Assembly: GCA_030613615.1 (NCBI GenBank)
Contig: JAUWLR010000003.1
Location: 1-52,349, forward strand
Direction: 5' to 3'
Source of the DNA: Candidatus Eiseniibacteriota bacterium
GTDB lineage: Bacteria > Joyebacterota > Joyebacteria > Joyebacterales > Joyebacteraceae
DNA length: 52,349 nt
The notes under the pieces are model-generated. The model had not been told where the DNA came from and did not search any database. It saw only the letters and a program-made list of their open reading frames with translations. Positions 9,494 to 19,442 of the stretch are shown one piece after another. The translations under genes were made by a program, and so were the position numbers. The stretch's first letter is position 1, and each line of letters opens with the position of its first letter.

Positions 9494-10924
9494 TTGGATT
9501 CCACGACGGCACGGAAGCTCATCGCTGAGATCGGTCCACGAGTAGCCGGCGCCAAGGTAGCGGATGTCATGGCTCCCGGAGCCGACTGCCTGATCCTCGA
9601 GCTCGCAGGTGACCGCCGCCTGTTCCTCGGCGCGGTCACGTTGAAGGCCCTGCCCATCCTCTTCCTCCTGGACGATTCCAGACTCGCACTCGCGCCGGGG
9701 CGCGCCGCCGCGCCGCCCTTCGCGTCCCAGCTGCGCGGCTCCACACTCGTGTCTCTCGCTCCGCTCGACGACCGACCCGGCGCGCTCGCCCACCTCAGGT
9801 GGACCAGCCAGGTGGGCCGCACCATCGAGAGATGGCTGACCATCGACCTCGGGCGCAGACCCTCGCTGTCTCTCACGGACGGGCACGCGACGCAGGCAGC
9901 TGCCGCACCCGAGACCGCCGCACCCGAGACCGCCGCGCCCGCGCCGACCGTCGCCACGTGGCACGACGACCGGGGCAGGCCGCACGCCAGGCTGTCCTCG
10001 GAGGACCGCAACGAGCCCGCGGAGGAAACGCGCGAGTTCGATTCGCTGAACGCCGCCGCCTGTTTCATGTTCACAGAGCTGTGGCCGGAGCTGGACCTGG
10101 CGCGGCGCCGCGACGCGCTCGAGCGGATCGTCGAGCGTCGCCTGAGGCGAACGCGGCGGGCGATGGAGAAGGTCCAGGTCGAGATCGACGACTCGGAGAA
10201 CGCCGCCCAGTACCGGCACATGGGCCAGCTGCTGCTGACGCGTCAGGCTGAGATAGGACGCGGCAAGTCCAGTGTCACCATCATGGACTACGACGACTCG
10301 ACGCCCGTCGTGATCGAGCTCGACCCCAGGCTCGGTCCGCAGCAGAACGCCGAGTCCCTCTTCCGGCGCGCGCGCAAGGCCGAGCGCAGGAGCGAACGGG
10401 CGCCCGTCCGTCTGGGAGAGCTGGAGGAGAAGGCCACGCAGCTGCAGAACGCGTCGGAGTCGCTCGCCGGCGCGTCAGCCGATGAACTCACCGTGCTCGA
10501 GGGGCGCTTCCTGCCGACCCAGCCTGTGGTCTCAGACAGGAAGGCGCCGAAGGAACGCGTCAGGTTCCGGACCTACAGGATCTCGGGAGGCTGGGAGGTC
10601 CTCGTCGGGAAATCGAATCGCGACAACGACCTCCTGACACACAAGATGGCGCGTCCTGACGACCTCTGGTTCCACGCGAGGCAGACCGCCGGCTCGCACG
10701 TCGTTCTGAGGAAGTCCGGGCAGAAGGCAGAGCCCGACAAGCAGGCTATTCTGGAGGCCGCCGCGATCGCGGCGTTCCACAGCAAGGCCGGCAAGTCGTC
10801 GAAGGTCTCTGTCTGCTACACCGAGAAGCGACATGTGAGAAAGGTGCGCGGCGGCAAGCCCGGTCTGGCCATCGTCGCGCGCGAGAAGGTCGTTATGGTG
10901 AGACCGAAGCTGCCAAAAAGCTGA
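9494..10924 (+). CDS. rqcH: NFACT / RqcH (Rqc2, FbpA-like) ribosome quality control protein
   Basis: TTG 9494 after GGAG; coiled coil, IELDP...QNAE...RARK, and NFACT-R motifs VGKSNRDND.LT, DLWFHA...GSHVVL, AA.IAAFHSK, YTEKRHVRK. Confidence 0.88.
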   Translation: MDSTTARKLIAEIGPRVAGAKVADVMAPGADCLILELAGDRRLFLGAVTLKALPILFLLDDSRLALAPGRAAAPPFASQLRGSTLVSLAPLDDRPGALAHLRWTSQVGRTIERWLTIDLGRRPSLSLTDGHATQAAAAPETAAPETAAPAPTVATWHDDRGRPHARLSSEDRNEPAEETREFDSLNAAACFMFTELWPELDLARRRDALERIVERRLRRTRRAMEKVQVEIDDSENAAQYRHMGQLLLTRQAEIGRGKSSVTIMDYDDSTPVVIELDPRLGPQQNAESLFRRARKAERRSERAPVRLGELEEKATQLQNASESLAGASADELTVLEGRFLPTQPVVSDRKAPKERVRFRTYRISGGWEVLVGKSNRDNDLLTHKMARPDDLWFHARQTAGSHVVLRKSGQKAEPDKQAILEAAAIAAFHSKAGKSSKVSVCYTEKRHVRKVRGGKPGLAIVAREKVVMVRPKLPKS

Positions 10925-10938
10925 CAAACTCGGCGCCC

Positions 10939-11646
10939 TCACACCGGCGCGCTCTGCTCCGCCTGAGCCTCGAGTCCCACCCGCTCGTCCGCGGCCCTCG
11001 TCAGCTCCACGAGTATGTCGTCCAGTTCCTCCGCCTCGAGCGCACCATCGGCCGCCCTGGCTATCGGCTTACCCAGCAGTACGAGGCACTTCGAGAACGG
11101 TGCGGGCATCATGTAGAGGCACCATGTGCTCCGTACCCTCCACGAGGGGCGTGCTGTCGTAGCAACGGGCACGATGGGGTAACCAAGCTTCTCCGCCAGA
11201 TAGAGGATCCCGGGCTTCGACTTGTACGCGGGCCCGCTGGGACCGTCGACCGCGAACGCCGCGGAGCATCCCGACTCCAGAGTCCGCTTCATCTCGGCCA
11301 GCGCCTGAACCGCGCGACGCCTGCTCGAACCTCTGACGATGTGGTAACCCAGCCTGGTCATGATGCCCGCCTGAATCCTGCCTGCCCACGAGAGGTCGCT
11401 CATGACGGCTATACCTTCGTGGCGGAACGACGGAACCAGAAGAAACTGCCGGCCGTGCCAGAACGCGTAGAGCACCTTCGCCGGGTCGAGCGCCGCGGCC
11501 TCCGGATGAGTGTCCCTCTCGATCCGGAGGGTCCGCGAGTACACGCGGATGACGACGCTCGACAGGGACGAGATGAACCCCACGAACGCGTCTGAGCGCG
11601 TCACTCGACGCCTGAATCTGCTGAGCCGGGAATGCCCTCCAGCCAT
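10939..11646 (-). CDS. DUF374 lysophospholipid acyltransferase family protein
   Basis: AFWHGRQ, RGSSRR, AVDGPSGP...KPG, MPAPFS; ATG 11646. Confidence 0.88.
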   Translation of the reverse strand: MAGGHSRLSRFRRRVTRSDAFVGFISSLSSVVIRVYSRTLRIERDTHPEAAALDPAKVLYAFWHGRQFLLVPSFRHEGIAVMSDLSWAGRIQAGIMTRLGYHIVRGSSRRRAVQALAEMKRTLESGCSAAFAVDGPSGPAYKSKPGILYLAEKLGYPIVPVATTARPSWRVRSTWCLYMMPAPFSKCLVLLGKPIARAADGALEAEELDDILVELTRAADERVGLEAQAEQSAPV

Positions 11647-11678
11647 ACGGTCTCGCTCCCCCTCGCACGTGGACCGCG

Positions 11679-11757
11679 CGTGAACGTGTCGCCCACCGCC
11701 GGCCCGTGAACGTGTCGCCGCCACGCCGGCCCGTGAACGTGTCGCCACCCGCCGGCG
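11679..11757. repeat. 3 x 26-27-bp intergenic tandem repeat
   Basis: cgtgaacgtgtcgcc..cgccggc at 11679, 11705 and 11732, with a partial copy near 11777. Confidence 0.85.
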
Positions 11758-11824
11758 CCCACGCGGGAATCGTCCGGTCGCCACCGCCACGCCGGCCCGG
11801 GGCGACCAATCTTACAGCAATCGG

Positions 11825-13135
11825 CTACCCCAGGTCCGCGACCCGCCCCATGAACAGGATACTGCCCGTGGCGTCATCACGGATGACGAACAGGAACGGA
11901 TGGTCGGCCCTGAAGATCGTCTCCTCCATGATCGCCAGCCGCTCCATCACCACGGCCGTCGCCGCGGCGGCCTCCGTTCCCTCCTCGTTGACAGCGACAA
12001 AGGCCTTGTGAAAGACCGAGGCGATGAAGAGGTCCCTGAGGTCGGTCATGCCTGAGAAGTCGGCCCTCTTCCCGAACGCGTTGCGGATACCGAGTGCTGC
12101 CAGGTGCTTGGAGATGTCTTCGGTTCCCCATGTCATCTCGAATCGCGGGAAGTAGACCTTGAGCTCCTGCTCGTGGAGGCGCCCTGACCAGTCGGAGAGC
12201 ATCTCGGGGGTCAGACGACTCTCAATGACCCTGAGGTTGACGAGGCTCTCGGGCCGGGGCAGGACGACCAGCATCGAGATCTCCTCGCCGCGGTACGGCA
12301 TCTCGAGAACCTGCACGTCCTCGTTCTCGAAGTACCGGAAGTCGCCCTTCTGGTACATCATCGGGACAGTCGCGTCGCCGCCGGTTCCGTGGAAGGTAGC
12401 GTCACTGGTCCTCTCCTCGTCGAACCTCGACAACCACTGGCCCTTGAAGTAGACGGCGTTCGTCAGCACCAGCGTGGTCAGCCCGTCGACCCCGCCCGGG
12501 GGAATGAGGTCCTCTATCTTCTCGCGCGTCGCCTCCTCCACCCACTGGTTGATCCTGACTCTCTCCGCGTCCGCGTTGCGCTTGAAGTCCGCGATATTGA
12601 ACCCGCCGCCGAAGTGCTTCTCGACGAGGTCCAGGAAGGACTCCTTGAACGGATAGCCCTCCTGTCCCCAGAGGCTGTTGGCGATGTGGAGTTCGTAGCC
12701 GCGCGTCTCGCGGGAAGCGACCAGGCCTTCCTGGAGAGAACCGAACGAGGCGATGACACGCTCGCGGCTGATGAACGAGGGCTCGCCCTCGACGCCCTCC
12801 GTCGGGAAGTGCAGCACGGTCGCCATCTCGCGCTCGGTGTTACCGCGCGCACCCGCTGCCGTCATGGCGAGCGCTGTTGAGATACTGTAGGGCGAGAAGA
12901 AGAAGTTGCCGTCTCCGGCCAACCTGCCGTAGAGGTCGAACGCGAACTGGTTTCCGCCGTCGACCAGAGCGGCGACGTCCTCACTGGCCGCCCTGGCGGT
13001 GGCCACGTTTCCTGCCGCGCCCCCGGCCTCGCTCACGGCCGCCGGTTCCTCGCCGCCGCACCCGGCCGTAATGGGAACCGTAAGCACCGCAAGCACAAGC
13101 AGCGAGACCACTCCGCGCGATGTGGTCGCATTCAT
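11825..13135 (-). CDS. Serpin family protease inhibitor, lipoprotein
   Basis: Lipobox TAG-C; FFSPYSISTALAM, NAVYFKGQW, hinge NEEGTEAAAAT, FRADHPFLF, ILFMGRV. Confidence 0.95.
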   Translation of the reverse strand: MNATTSRGVVSLLVLAVLTVPITAGCGGEEPAAVSEAGGAAGNVATARAASEDVAALVDGGNQFAFDLYGRLAGDGNFFFSPYSISTALAMTAAGARGNTEREMATVLHFPTEGVEGEPSFISRERVIASFGSLQEGLVASRETRGYELHIANSLWGQEGYPFKESFLDLVEKHFGGGFNIADFKRNADAERVRINQWVEEATREKIEDLIPPGGVDGLTTLVLTNAVYFKGQWLSRFDEERTSDATFHGTGGDATVPMMYQKGDFRYFENEDVQVLEMPYRGEEISMLVVLPRPESLVNLRVIESRLTPEMLSDWSGRLHEQELKVYFPRFEMTWGTEDISKHLAALGIRNAFGKRADFSGMTDLRDLFIASVFHKAFVAVNEEGTEAAAATAVVMERLAIMEETIFRADHPFLFVIRDDATGSILFMGRVADLG

Positions 13136-13207
13136 GTCTTTCCTCCTCCCGTGTGCCCGGACCGAGTGCCCGGACGGACCGGACAGAACCGCGCCAGGAG
13201 TCGAGTC

Positions 13208-13537
13208 CTACGCGGCCTTCGGCTCGTACCGCTCGTAGTAGCCGACGACCTCGCCCCCCTCGCCGCGCACCGCCCGCATGTAGATGCGTTTCTTCTCGTT
13301 GTCGGAGATGAGCCGCTCCTCCTCGCCGGCCTGAAGTGCGGCGAGAACCTCGACCATCATTCCCCGCGAGTCCTCGTTGTGGCAGTCGAGAAGCGACGTT
13401 CCCATCAGCGCTTCGCCTCCGGTGTAGTGGTCGACGGCGGCGCTGTTCATGTAGACGATGGTGTGCTCGGTGTCAGCGACGAGCACGGGGTCGACGAGGC
13501 TGTCGAGGATCTGTGCAGGCAGAGCTTCATCGGTCAC
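13208..13537 (-). CDS. Stand-alone PAS domain protein
   Basis: GTG 13537 after AAGGAG; ILDSLVDPVLVAD..HTIVYMN, GTSLLDCH, AVRGEGGEVVGYYE. Confidence 0.82.
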   Translation of the reverse strand: MTDEALPAQILDSLVDPVLVADTEHTIVYMNSAAVDHYTGGEALMGTSLLDCHNEDSRGMMVEVLAALQAGEEERLISDNEKKRIYMRAVRGEGGEVVGYYERYEPKAA

Positions 13538-13630
13538 TGCTCTCTCCTTGTCTGTCCCGGCGCCCGTCAGACGCTCGCGGCGCCGCTCCCTGTACACATT
13601 GGACCCGTAGAGCACGCAGAAGTTGGCGGC

Positions 13631-16123
13631 TCACTCGGTGTCCGCAGGCTCAGGCGCGTTCTTGACGTACTCGTCCAGCCACTGCTGCGTTTCCCAGAGG
13701 AGATGCAGAAGCGACTCGCGCGCACGGTAGCTGTGGCTCTCGTACGGCAGCTTGACGAACCTGACCGTCGCACCGTGCCCCTTGAGCGCGCTGTAGAACC
13801 GCTCGCTCTGCATGGGGAACGTCCCCGGGTTGCTGTCCTCCTCACCGTGCACGAGCAGAATGGGTTCCCTGATCTTGTCCGCGTGCATGAACGGCGACAT
13901 CTCGAAGTAGACCTCGGGCGCCTCCCACAGCGTGCGTCCCTCGGACTGGAACCCGAACGGCGTCAGCGTCCTGTTGTAGGCCCCGGTTCTCGCCAGCCCC
14001 GCAGCGAAGAGATCGGAGTGCGCCAGCAGGTTCGCGGTCATGAATGCGCCGTAGGAGTGTCCGCCTATCGCGATGCGGTGCCTGTCCGCAACACCTCGCC
14101 TGACGACCTCATCAATCGCCGCGGCGGCGCTTGCGACCAGTTGCTCGACGTAGGTGTCGTTGGGCTCGGCGTCGCCCTCACCGATGATGGGCATGGTCGG
14201 CCCGTCCAGCGCGGCGTAGCCCTGCGTGAGCCACAGCACGGGCGACCACCAGCCGACCCAGTCGAACCTGTACGGCGAGTCGTCGACCTGCCCGGCGGCG
14301 TCCGCGCTTTTGAACTCCCTCGGGTACGCCCACATCAACATCGGGAGCGGGCCGTCGACCGCGGAGTCGTAGCCGGCAGGCGTATACAGCGTCGCCGTCA
14401 GGTCCAGCCCGTCCTCACGGTTGTAGCGGATGAGTTCCTTCTGGATACCGGCGAGCTGCGGAGTGGGATGTGCGAAGAAGGTCAGCTGTCGGAGCGTCCC
14501 GTCCGCGAGGTCGCGCATGAAGTAGTTGGGAACCTCGTCGACCGACTCGCGTCTCGTTATGACGTGACGCGCCTCCTTGCTCATCACGAGCACCGGGCGC
14601 TCGTAGTACGGCGCCTCAGAGCGGAACAGCCTGGCCGTCTCACCGTGGTACGTGTCGAACGTATCGAGGAACGGCCTGTCGCCCTCTGGAGACGCCCCGT
14701 CGCCGATGAGGAAGATAGTGTTGGCGTCATCGGCGGTCAGAAGGACGCTGCGCCCGTACTCGTTCCGCACCATCACGGGCTCGCCTGGGTCGTTGTATCG
14801 GTCCTGCCAGGAGTAGTCCATCAGAAGCTCCGGCGGATCGTCAGGCGCACCGGGCTGAAGCTTCCACGCCCGTATCCTGCGATCGTCCCACCACCACTCA
14901 CCGGCGATGGCCAGTCCGTCGTGGCCCCAGTAGACGCCGTCGTAGCGCAGCTCGAACGTCATCCACGCCGTCGGCTCTCCGTCGAACGGGGCGGGCAGCA
15001 GGAAGAGCCTGTCCCTCTCCGTGGCCTCAGCACCCGCGTCGCCTCCGTCCAGCGCCTCCGCCCAGCAGAGCGTGGCCGGGGCGTCGGCCCGCCACATCAC
15101 GCTGCGTGGACCGGTCTGCACCCTCCCGCGCGCTATCGGTATCTCCTCCCGGAGCGGATGGTCGGCCACCGTGTGCACGACCTCTCCCCCAAGATCCCAG
15201 ATCTCAATGAGAAGCGGGAAACGGTAGGCGGGCACCGTGTACGAGTAGGGTCGGTGCAGCGACTGGACAAGGATGTAACGTCCGTCCGGCGACGGATCGA
15301 AGTCCCACGTGATGGCGGGGTCGCCGACTGCCGTCACCGTGCCGTCCAGTTCGACCAGCGCGAGCTGGGACGTCAGGTACAGCTCGAAGAGCGCCTCATC
15401 GTGCGGGTTCTTGAGCAGGTCCTGATACGTCCGGGCGGGCGTCTTCGTGCCGATGTTCTCCTGCACGATGGGACCCTCGGGAACACGCGGAGCCTCAAGC
15501 GCCGATCCGCCGCCCCGCTCGGCGTTCACGAGACAGCAGACCAGGGTCTCGCCGCCGTCGAGCCACGCGGGCGCCTCCCCCGCCGTCAGGCTCACGATGG
15601 GACCGGTGAGCGGCCGCGCTTCACCCGTCTCCACCTCGGCCACCCACAACTCCACACCCTGCGCGGTCGTGTTCGTGAACGCCACGCGGGCGCCGTCCGG
15701 CGACCACCGGACGTTCGTGATCCGGGGAATCTCCGGCAGGCCGGTGACCGGTCGCGACTCGAGATCAGCGCTGCGGATGCACTCGAGCCTGTTGTTAGGC
15801 CACACGCGGCTCGGCGAGAAGCTGTCAGGCTTGATTCTGAGCCCCGCGAGCTTGAGCTCGGGCTCTGCCAGCTCAGATATGGACGGGTAGCCCGGCCGCG
15901 ATATCAGGATGCCCCATTCTCTGGTCGGGCCTATGCTGAGCCTGGGCGTCTTGGGCGTATCGATGATGTCGACAAGCGCCTGGTCCGGCACGCGGTACGA
16001 TGTGGCCTCGGACACAGCCGCACTGGTCCCGCCCGCCGGCAGACCGGTCACGACCGACAGTAGAATGATGGTCGGAAGAACGTACGCGCCGAAGCGTCTG
16101 CGACGGCCAGTGGATTCACTCAT
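13631..16123 (-). CDS. Secreted S9 family (prolyl oligopeptidase / glutamyl peptidase-like) serine peptidase
   Basis: Signal peptide, beta-propeller repeats, GGHSYGAFM nucleophile, HGEEDSN, ESHSY. Start is 16123 (ATG) or 16132 (GTG). Confidence 0.92.
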   Translation of the reverse strand: MSESTGRRRRFGAYVLPTIILLSVVTGLPAGGTSAAVSEATSYRVPDQALVDIIDTPKTPRLSIGPTREWGILISRPGYPSISELAEPELKLAGLRIKPDSFSPSRVWPNNRLECIRSADLESRPVTGLPEIPRITNVRWSPDGARVAFTNTTAQGVELWVAEVETGEARPLTGPIVSLTAGEAPAWLDGGETLVCCLVNAERGGGSALEAPRVPEGPIVQENIGTKTPARTYQDLLKNPHDEALFELYLTSQLALVELDGTVTAVGDPAITWDFDPSPDGRYILVQSLHRPYSYTVPAYRFPLLIEIWDLGGEVVHTVADHPLREEIPIARGRVQTGPRSVMWRADAPATLCWAEALDGGDAGAEATERDRLFLLPAPFDGEPTAWMTFELRYDGVYWGHDGLAIAGEWWWDDRRIRAWKLQPGAPDDPPELLMDYSWQDRYNDPGEPVMVRNEYGRSVLLTADDANTIFLIGDGASPEGDRPFLDTFDTYHGETARLFRSEAPYYERPVLVMSKEARHVITRRESVDEVPNYFMRDLADGTLRQLTFFAHPTPQLAGIQKELIRYNREDGLDLTATLYTPAGYDSAVDGPLPMLMWAYPREFKSADAAGQVDDSPYRFDWVGWWSPVLWLTQGYAALDGPTMPIIGEGDAEPNDTYVEQLVASAAAAIDEVVRRGVADRHRIAIGGHSYGAFMTANLLAHSDLFAAGLARTGAYNRTLTPFGFQSEGRTLWEAPEVYFEMSPFMHADKIREPILLVHGEEDSNPGTFPMQSERFYSALKGHGATVRFVKLPYESHSYRARESLLHLLWETQQWLDEYVKNAPEPADTE

Positions 16124-16167
16124 GCGCTTCACTCTCCGGTTGTCGCGCCTGATGCTTCTCTCAAGTC

Positions 16168-17235
16168 TCACACAACTCCGAACCGCTCGTAGAACGCCCG
16201 CACCCTCGGGTCGCGAAGCAGTGGCTCGAATAGCTGATGTCCCAAGTGGGGGTAGTTGTTGCCCTCGATCACGCGGAACCCGTCGGAGGTCACGACGACG
16301 TCCCAGCCTACGTAGGGAATGTAGGACATCTGCCGCGCCAGCTCGACGAGCCCGGTGGTCACGATGTCCCAGTTCGGCACACGGACACCCTTGATGCGGG
16401 CGTGCGTGTCCGGGTGCTCGTCGAGCCAGACGTTCTCCCGTCCGCGCAGTGCGAGCGAGGCGGATTTCAGCACGCCGGTCGCCACGTCCACCTGAACGGG
16501 TATGCCTCCCTGCGAAACGTTGTCGGTCGGGATCGACGCTGTCCTGCCGAACCTGTGTCCGGCGAACGGGAGGAACGGTTCGTCCTTCTCGTAGTCCCAC
16601 ATTGAGAGGATGCGTATGGAGTTTGTGGAGTGCGGGAATATCGTGGTCGCGTAGTCGTGCTGCACGATGAACTCGCAGATGAGCGCGCCGGACAATCCCT
16701 CGATGAACGCGCGGAACTCAGTTCTGTCAACCGCCTTGCCGTTGACGGTGAGCCGACCGTCCGCCGAAGAAATGACGCGCACGCCTGCTCCCCCACCCCC
16801 GCCGACTGGCTTGACGACGAAGCGCTCGCCGGTCATGCACGCCGCTATCACGCCGTCCGCGTCGCGCATATCGTACCGGTCCCCGATGGGAAGAAGCCCG
16901 TGGTCGCAGGCGAAGCAGTAGTACTCAGGCGCCGGCCCCCCGTGACTCACGACCAGTCCCGAGAACACCAGCTTGTTGAGCAGGGCCGAAGCAAACGGCC
17001 CGTTGATCCTCGGCGTACGGATGTAGCGCGCGGTGTCGCTGACGTAGTCGTTCACGTTCTCCGGGGTGAGCCCGTACCGTGCGGTCGACTCGCTGGTGAA
17101 GCCGTGCCGCCAGCCCCACAGCTTCTTCCCGAGCGGCACGGTAGCGCGACCACAGAGTTCGGCCGAGATGAGCCGCTGCACGTTCCGCGCTGTCCTGCCG
17201 AACGACATCGCCCGCCCTGCCATGTCCCTTCGCAT
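16168..17235 (-). CDS. ATP-grasp protein (alpha-L-glutamate ligase-like / sugar-transfer-associated ATP-grasp)
   Basis: NKLVF, FVVKPVGGGGGAGV, EFIVQH, NSIRI, DNVSQGG, HPDT, YVGWDVVVT, IEGNNYP. Confidence 0.85.
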   Translation of the reverse strand: MRRDMAGRAMSFGRTARNVQRLISAELCGRATVPLGKKLWGWRHGFTSESTARYGLTPENVNDYVSDTARYIRTPRINGPFASALLNKLVFSGLVVSHGGPAPEYYCFACDHGLLPIGDRYDMRDADGVIAACMTGERFVVKPVGGGGGAGVRVISSADGRLTVNGKAVDRTEFRAFIEGLSGALICEFIVQHDYATTIFPHSTNSIRILSMWDYEKDEPFLPFAGHRFGRTASIPTDNVSQGGIPVQVDVATGVLKSASLALRGRENVWLDEHPDTHARIKGVRVPNWDIVTTGLVELARQMSYIPYVGWDVVVTSDGFRVIEGNNYPHLGHQLFEPLLRDPRVRAFYERFGVV

Positions 17236-17246
17236 CGTCACCTCCG

Positions 17247-17972
17247 CTACTTCTTCTCGATCACCGCCGCGTAGACCGGACCGCTCGTCCCGAACAACTT
17301 CGCGACTCGCCAACCCGTGCCCCCGAGGAGTTCCTTCATCTCGTCAGGAGAAACGAGCAGGTAGTCGAACCACGGTGTGATGTAGGTCTGATAGCGCACT
17401 CGGATCCTGAGCTGCCCCGCCATCCGACCGCGCCTGCGGTTGCGCCTGTGGTAGCTCATGTGACACTTGTTGGCCGTGGCGTAGGGGTTCGCGCTCTCCA
17501 CGATGATGCGGGCGCCGTCGTTCGTGATGGCCCGGTATCTCGCCAGCAGCCACTTCGCGCGCCCGGCGCCGCCGAAGAGCCCGAAGTTGTTACCGAACAT
17601 GACGATGGTGTCGAACTTGCCGAGCCTCTTCGATACCTTCGTCACCGCGAGGACCCGTGTCCTCTTGAGCCCGCGCAGCTTCGCGACCTTGATCGCGAGC
17701 GGCGATACGTCGATGCCGAGAACGTCTAGGCCCTTGTCCTGGAAGTAGAGCGAGTGTCTGCCGGCGCCGCATCCGACATCGAGCACGCGGCCCTGGGCGT
17801 AGGCCGCAGCCTTCCGAAGGTGTGATCCCCAGTCCCGGTATGCGGTGAAGTACATCTCTGGCCCGCTCGACACGTCGACGTAGCCGTCGTCCCGCTCGAC
17901 GATCTCGTAGCCGCCCTTGCCCAGGTAGTGGTCGTGGATCTCGCGACCGTATGCGTCCTGGTGTTTCTTCAT
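17247..17972 (-). CDS. Class I SAM-dependent methyltransferase
   Basis: VLDVGCGAGRH, GIDVSP, FDTIVMFGNNFG. Confidence 0.9.
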   Translation of the reverse strand: MKKHQDAYGREIHDHYLGKGGYEIVERDDGYVDVSSGPEMYFTAYRDWGSHLRKAAAYAQGRVLDVGCGAGRHSLYFQDKGLDVLGIDVSPLAIKVAKLRGLKRTRVLAVTKVSKRLGKFDTIVMFGNNFGLFGGAGRAKWLLARYRAITNDGARIIVESANPYATANKCHMSYHRRNRRRGRMAGQLRIRVRYQTYITPWFDYLLVSPDEMKELLGGTGWRVAKLFGTSGPVYAAVIEKK

Positions 17973-17996
17973 AGCGCCTTTTCCGCCAGTGTCGGC

Positions 17997-19019
17997 CTAC
18001 GCCCCGGGCGATCCCGGAACGGATATCTCCCCGCAGAAGTCCGTGTGCATGATCTCGCGCACGTCGTCTATGGAGTCGGCGCGCTTCAAGGCCCACATGA
18101 GCTTCGTCACGGTGCTCTCGATGCTCATGTCGTACGCCTGGATGGCACCGAGGTCGAGCAGCTTCGCGCCCAGGTCGTAGAGATGCATCATCGTCGCGCC
18201 CTGCAGACACTGGGTGGTCACCACGACCGGTATGCCGAGCTTCGCCGCCCGTTCTATCGTATCGTGGTAGTCGTATGCGACGTTGCCCGTACCGAACCCT
18301 CGCAACACGAGCCCCTTGATCCCGCTCTCCACGATGTTCGTCAGAACAGCGGGCGGCATTCCGGGAACGAGCGTCACTATGGCGACGTTCTCCTCGAAGC
18401 CCTTCTGGACGTCGAGTGACCCGTCGCTCCGGGTGGTGTGCTCGCCCAAGCGGACGTCGACCCGGATGTCCCCGACCATCCCGCGGTTGACCGTCGTGAA
18501 CGCGTCCAGTCTCGACTCGGAGAACTTCGTGGCGCGCGCGCCCAGGATGATCTTCCTGTCGAACACGATGAAGACACCCGAGAGGTCCATCGTCGCCACG
18601 CGCACGGCGTTGACGAAGTTCCTGCGGGCGTCTGACTCTATCCTCGCGCCCGGTATCTGCGACCCGGTGAGCACGACCGGTTTGCCCAGGCCCCTCAGCA
18701 CGAACGACAGCGCGCTCGCCGAGTAGGCCATCGTATCGGTGCCGTGCGTGACCACGAACCCGTCGTGCGCGTCGTAGTTTTCCCCGATGACGGAAGCGAC
18801 GCGGTCCCAGTGATCCGGCCGGATGTTACTGCTGTCGATGTTGTCGATGTAAGCGACCTCGATGTGCGCGAGTTCATTGAGGCGCGTCTCTATGCTGAGG
18901 AGGTTTTCGATCGCCCTGTCCAGCACCGGCGTCAGGAGACTCCCGCGCTCGTCCTCCTCCATGACGAGCGTGCCGCCGCAGAAGAGAACAAGGACCTTCG
19001 TGTCGGGAGTTCTGCTCAT
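17997..19019 (-). CDS. ansA: L-asparaginase type I
   Basis: CGGT, IDSSN, VVTHGTDTMAY, KPVVLTGSQIP, GFGTGN; ATG 19019. Confidence 0.92.
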   Translation of the reverse strand: MSRTPDTKVLVLFCGGTLVMEEDERGSLLTPVLDRAIENLLSIETRLNELAHIEVAYIDNIDSSNIRPDHWDRVASVIGENYDAHDGFVVTHGTDTMAYSASALSFVLRGLGKPVVLTGSQIPGARIESDARRNFVNAVRVATMDLSGVFIVFDRKIILGARATKFSESRLDAFTTVNRGMVGDIRVDVRLGEHTTRSDGSLDVQKGFEENVAIVTLVPGMPPAVLTNIVESGIKGLVLRGFGTGNVAYDYHDTIERAAKLGIPVVVTTQCLQGATMMHLYDLGAKLLDLGAIQAYDMSIESTVTKLMWALKRADSIDDVREIMHTDFCGEISVPGSPGA

Positions 19020-19081
19020 GTGTTGCCCCCAGCCATTGCGCCGACCGTCCCCACGCGTCCGGCGCACCCGCGGTTCTGTCT

Positions 19082-19375
19082 CTATTCCCGCGGCTTGAGC
19101 ACGACGACCGTCGCGCCCCATCCTCCGCCGCCGTGCCCCGCCGACGAATGGGAGACAACGTCCGGCAGCCGGTCGAGTATCGCGTGCACCGTACGTCTCA
19201 GAGCGCCGGTCCCCTTCCCGTGGATGATCCTCACCTCCAGGATGCCGCGCTCCCGACAGGACTCGAGGTAGTCGGGCACGAGTTCCTTGATGTCACCGGG
19301 CCTGAACGTATGGAGGTCGAGCGTCCCGTCGATGGGAAGCTCCGTATGGCCCGCCCGGTTCGCGAGGTCGCTCAT
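19082..19375 (-). CDS. Stand-alone Smr/MutS2-C domain protein
   Basis: LDLHTF, VRIIHGKGTGALR, GGWGATVV; ATG 19375 after GGAGG. Confidence 0.92.
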   Translation of the reverse strand: MSDLANRAGHTELPIDGTLDLHTFRPGDIKELVPDYLESCRERGILEVRIIHGKGTGALRRTVHAILDRLPDVVSHSSAGHGGGGWGATVVVLKPRE

Positions 19376-19442
19376 GCGTGCCCCTCCAGAGCCCGCGGGG
19401 TCGCTCGCGGGGCTCACCCCGAACCACGGGACGCCGTGCCGG

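Noticed and set aside
13151-16063. 970-aa plus-strand ORF (also 685..2607, 3113..4582, 34008..35585, 40086..41657)
   Set aside because: Antisense shadows of well-supported minus-strand genes, as expected in high-GC DNA; no motifs.
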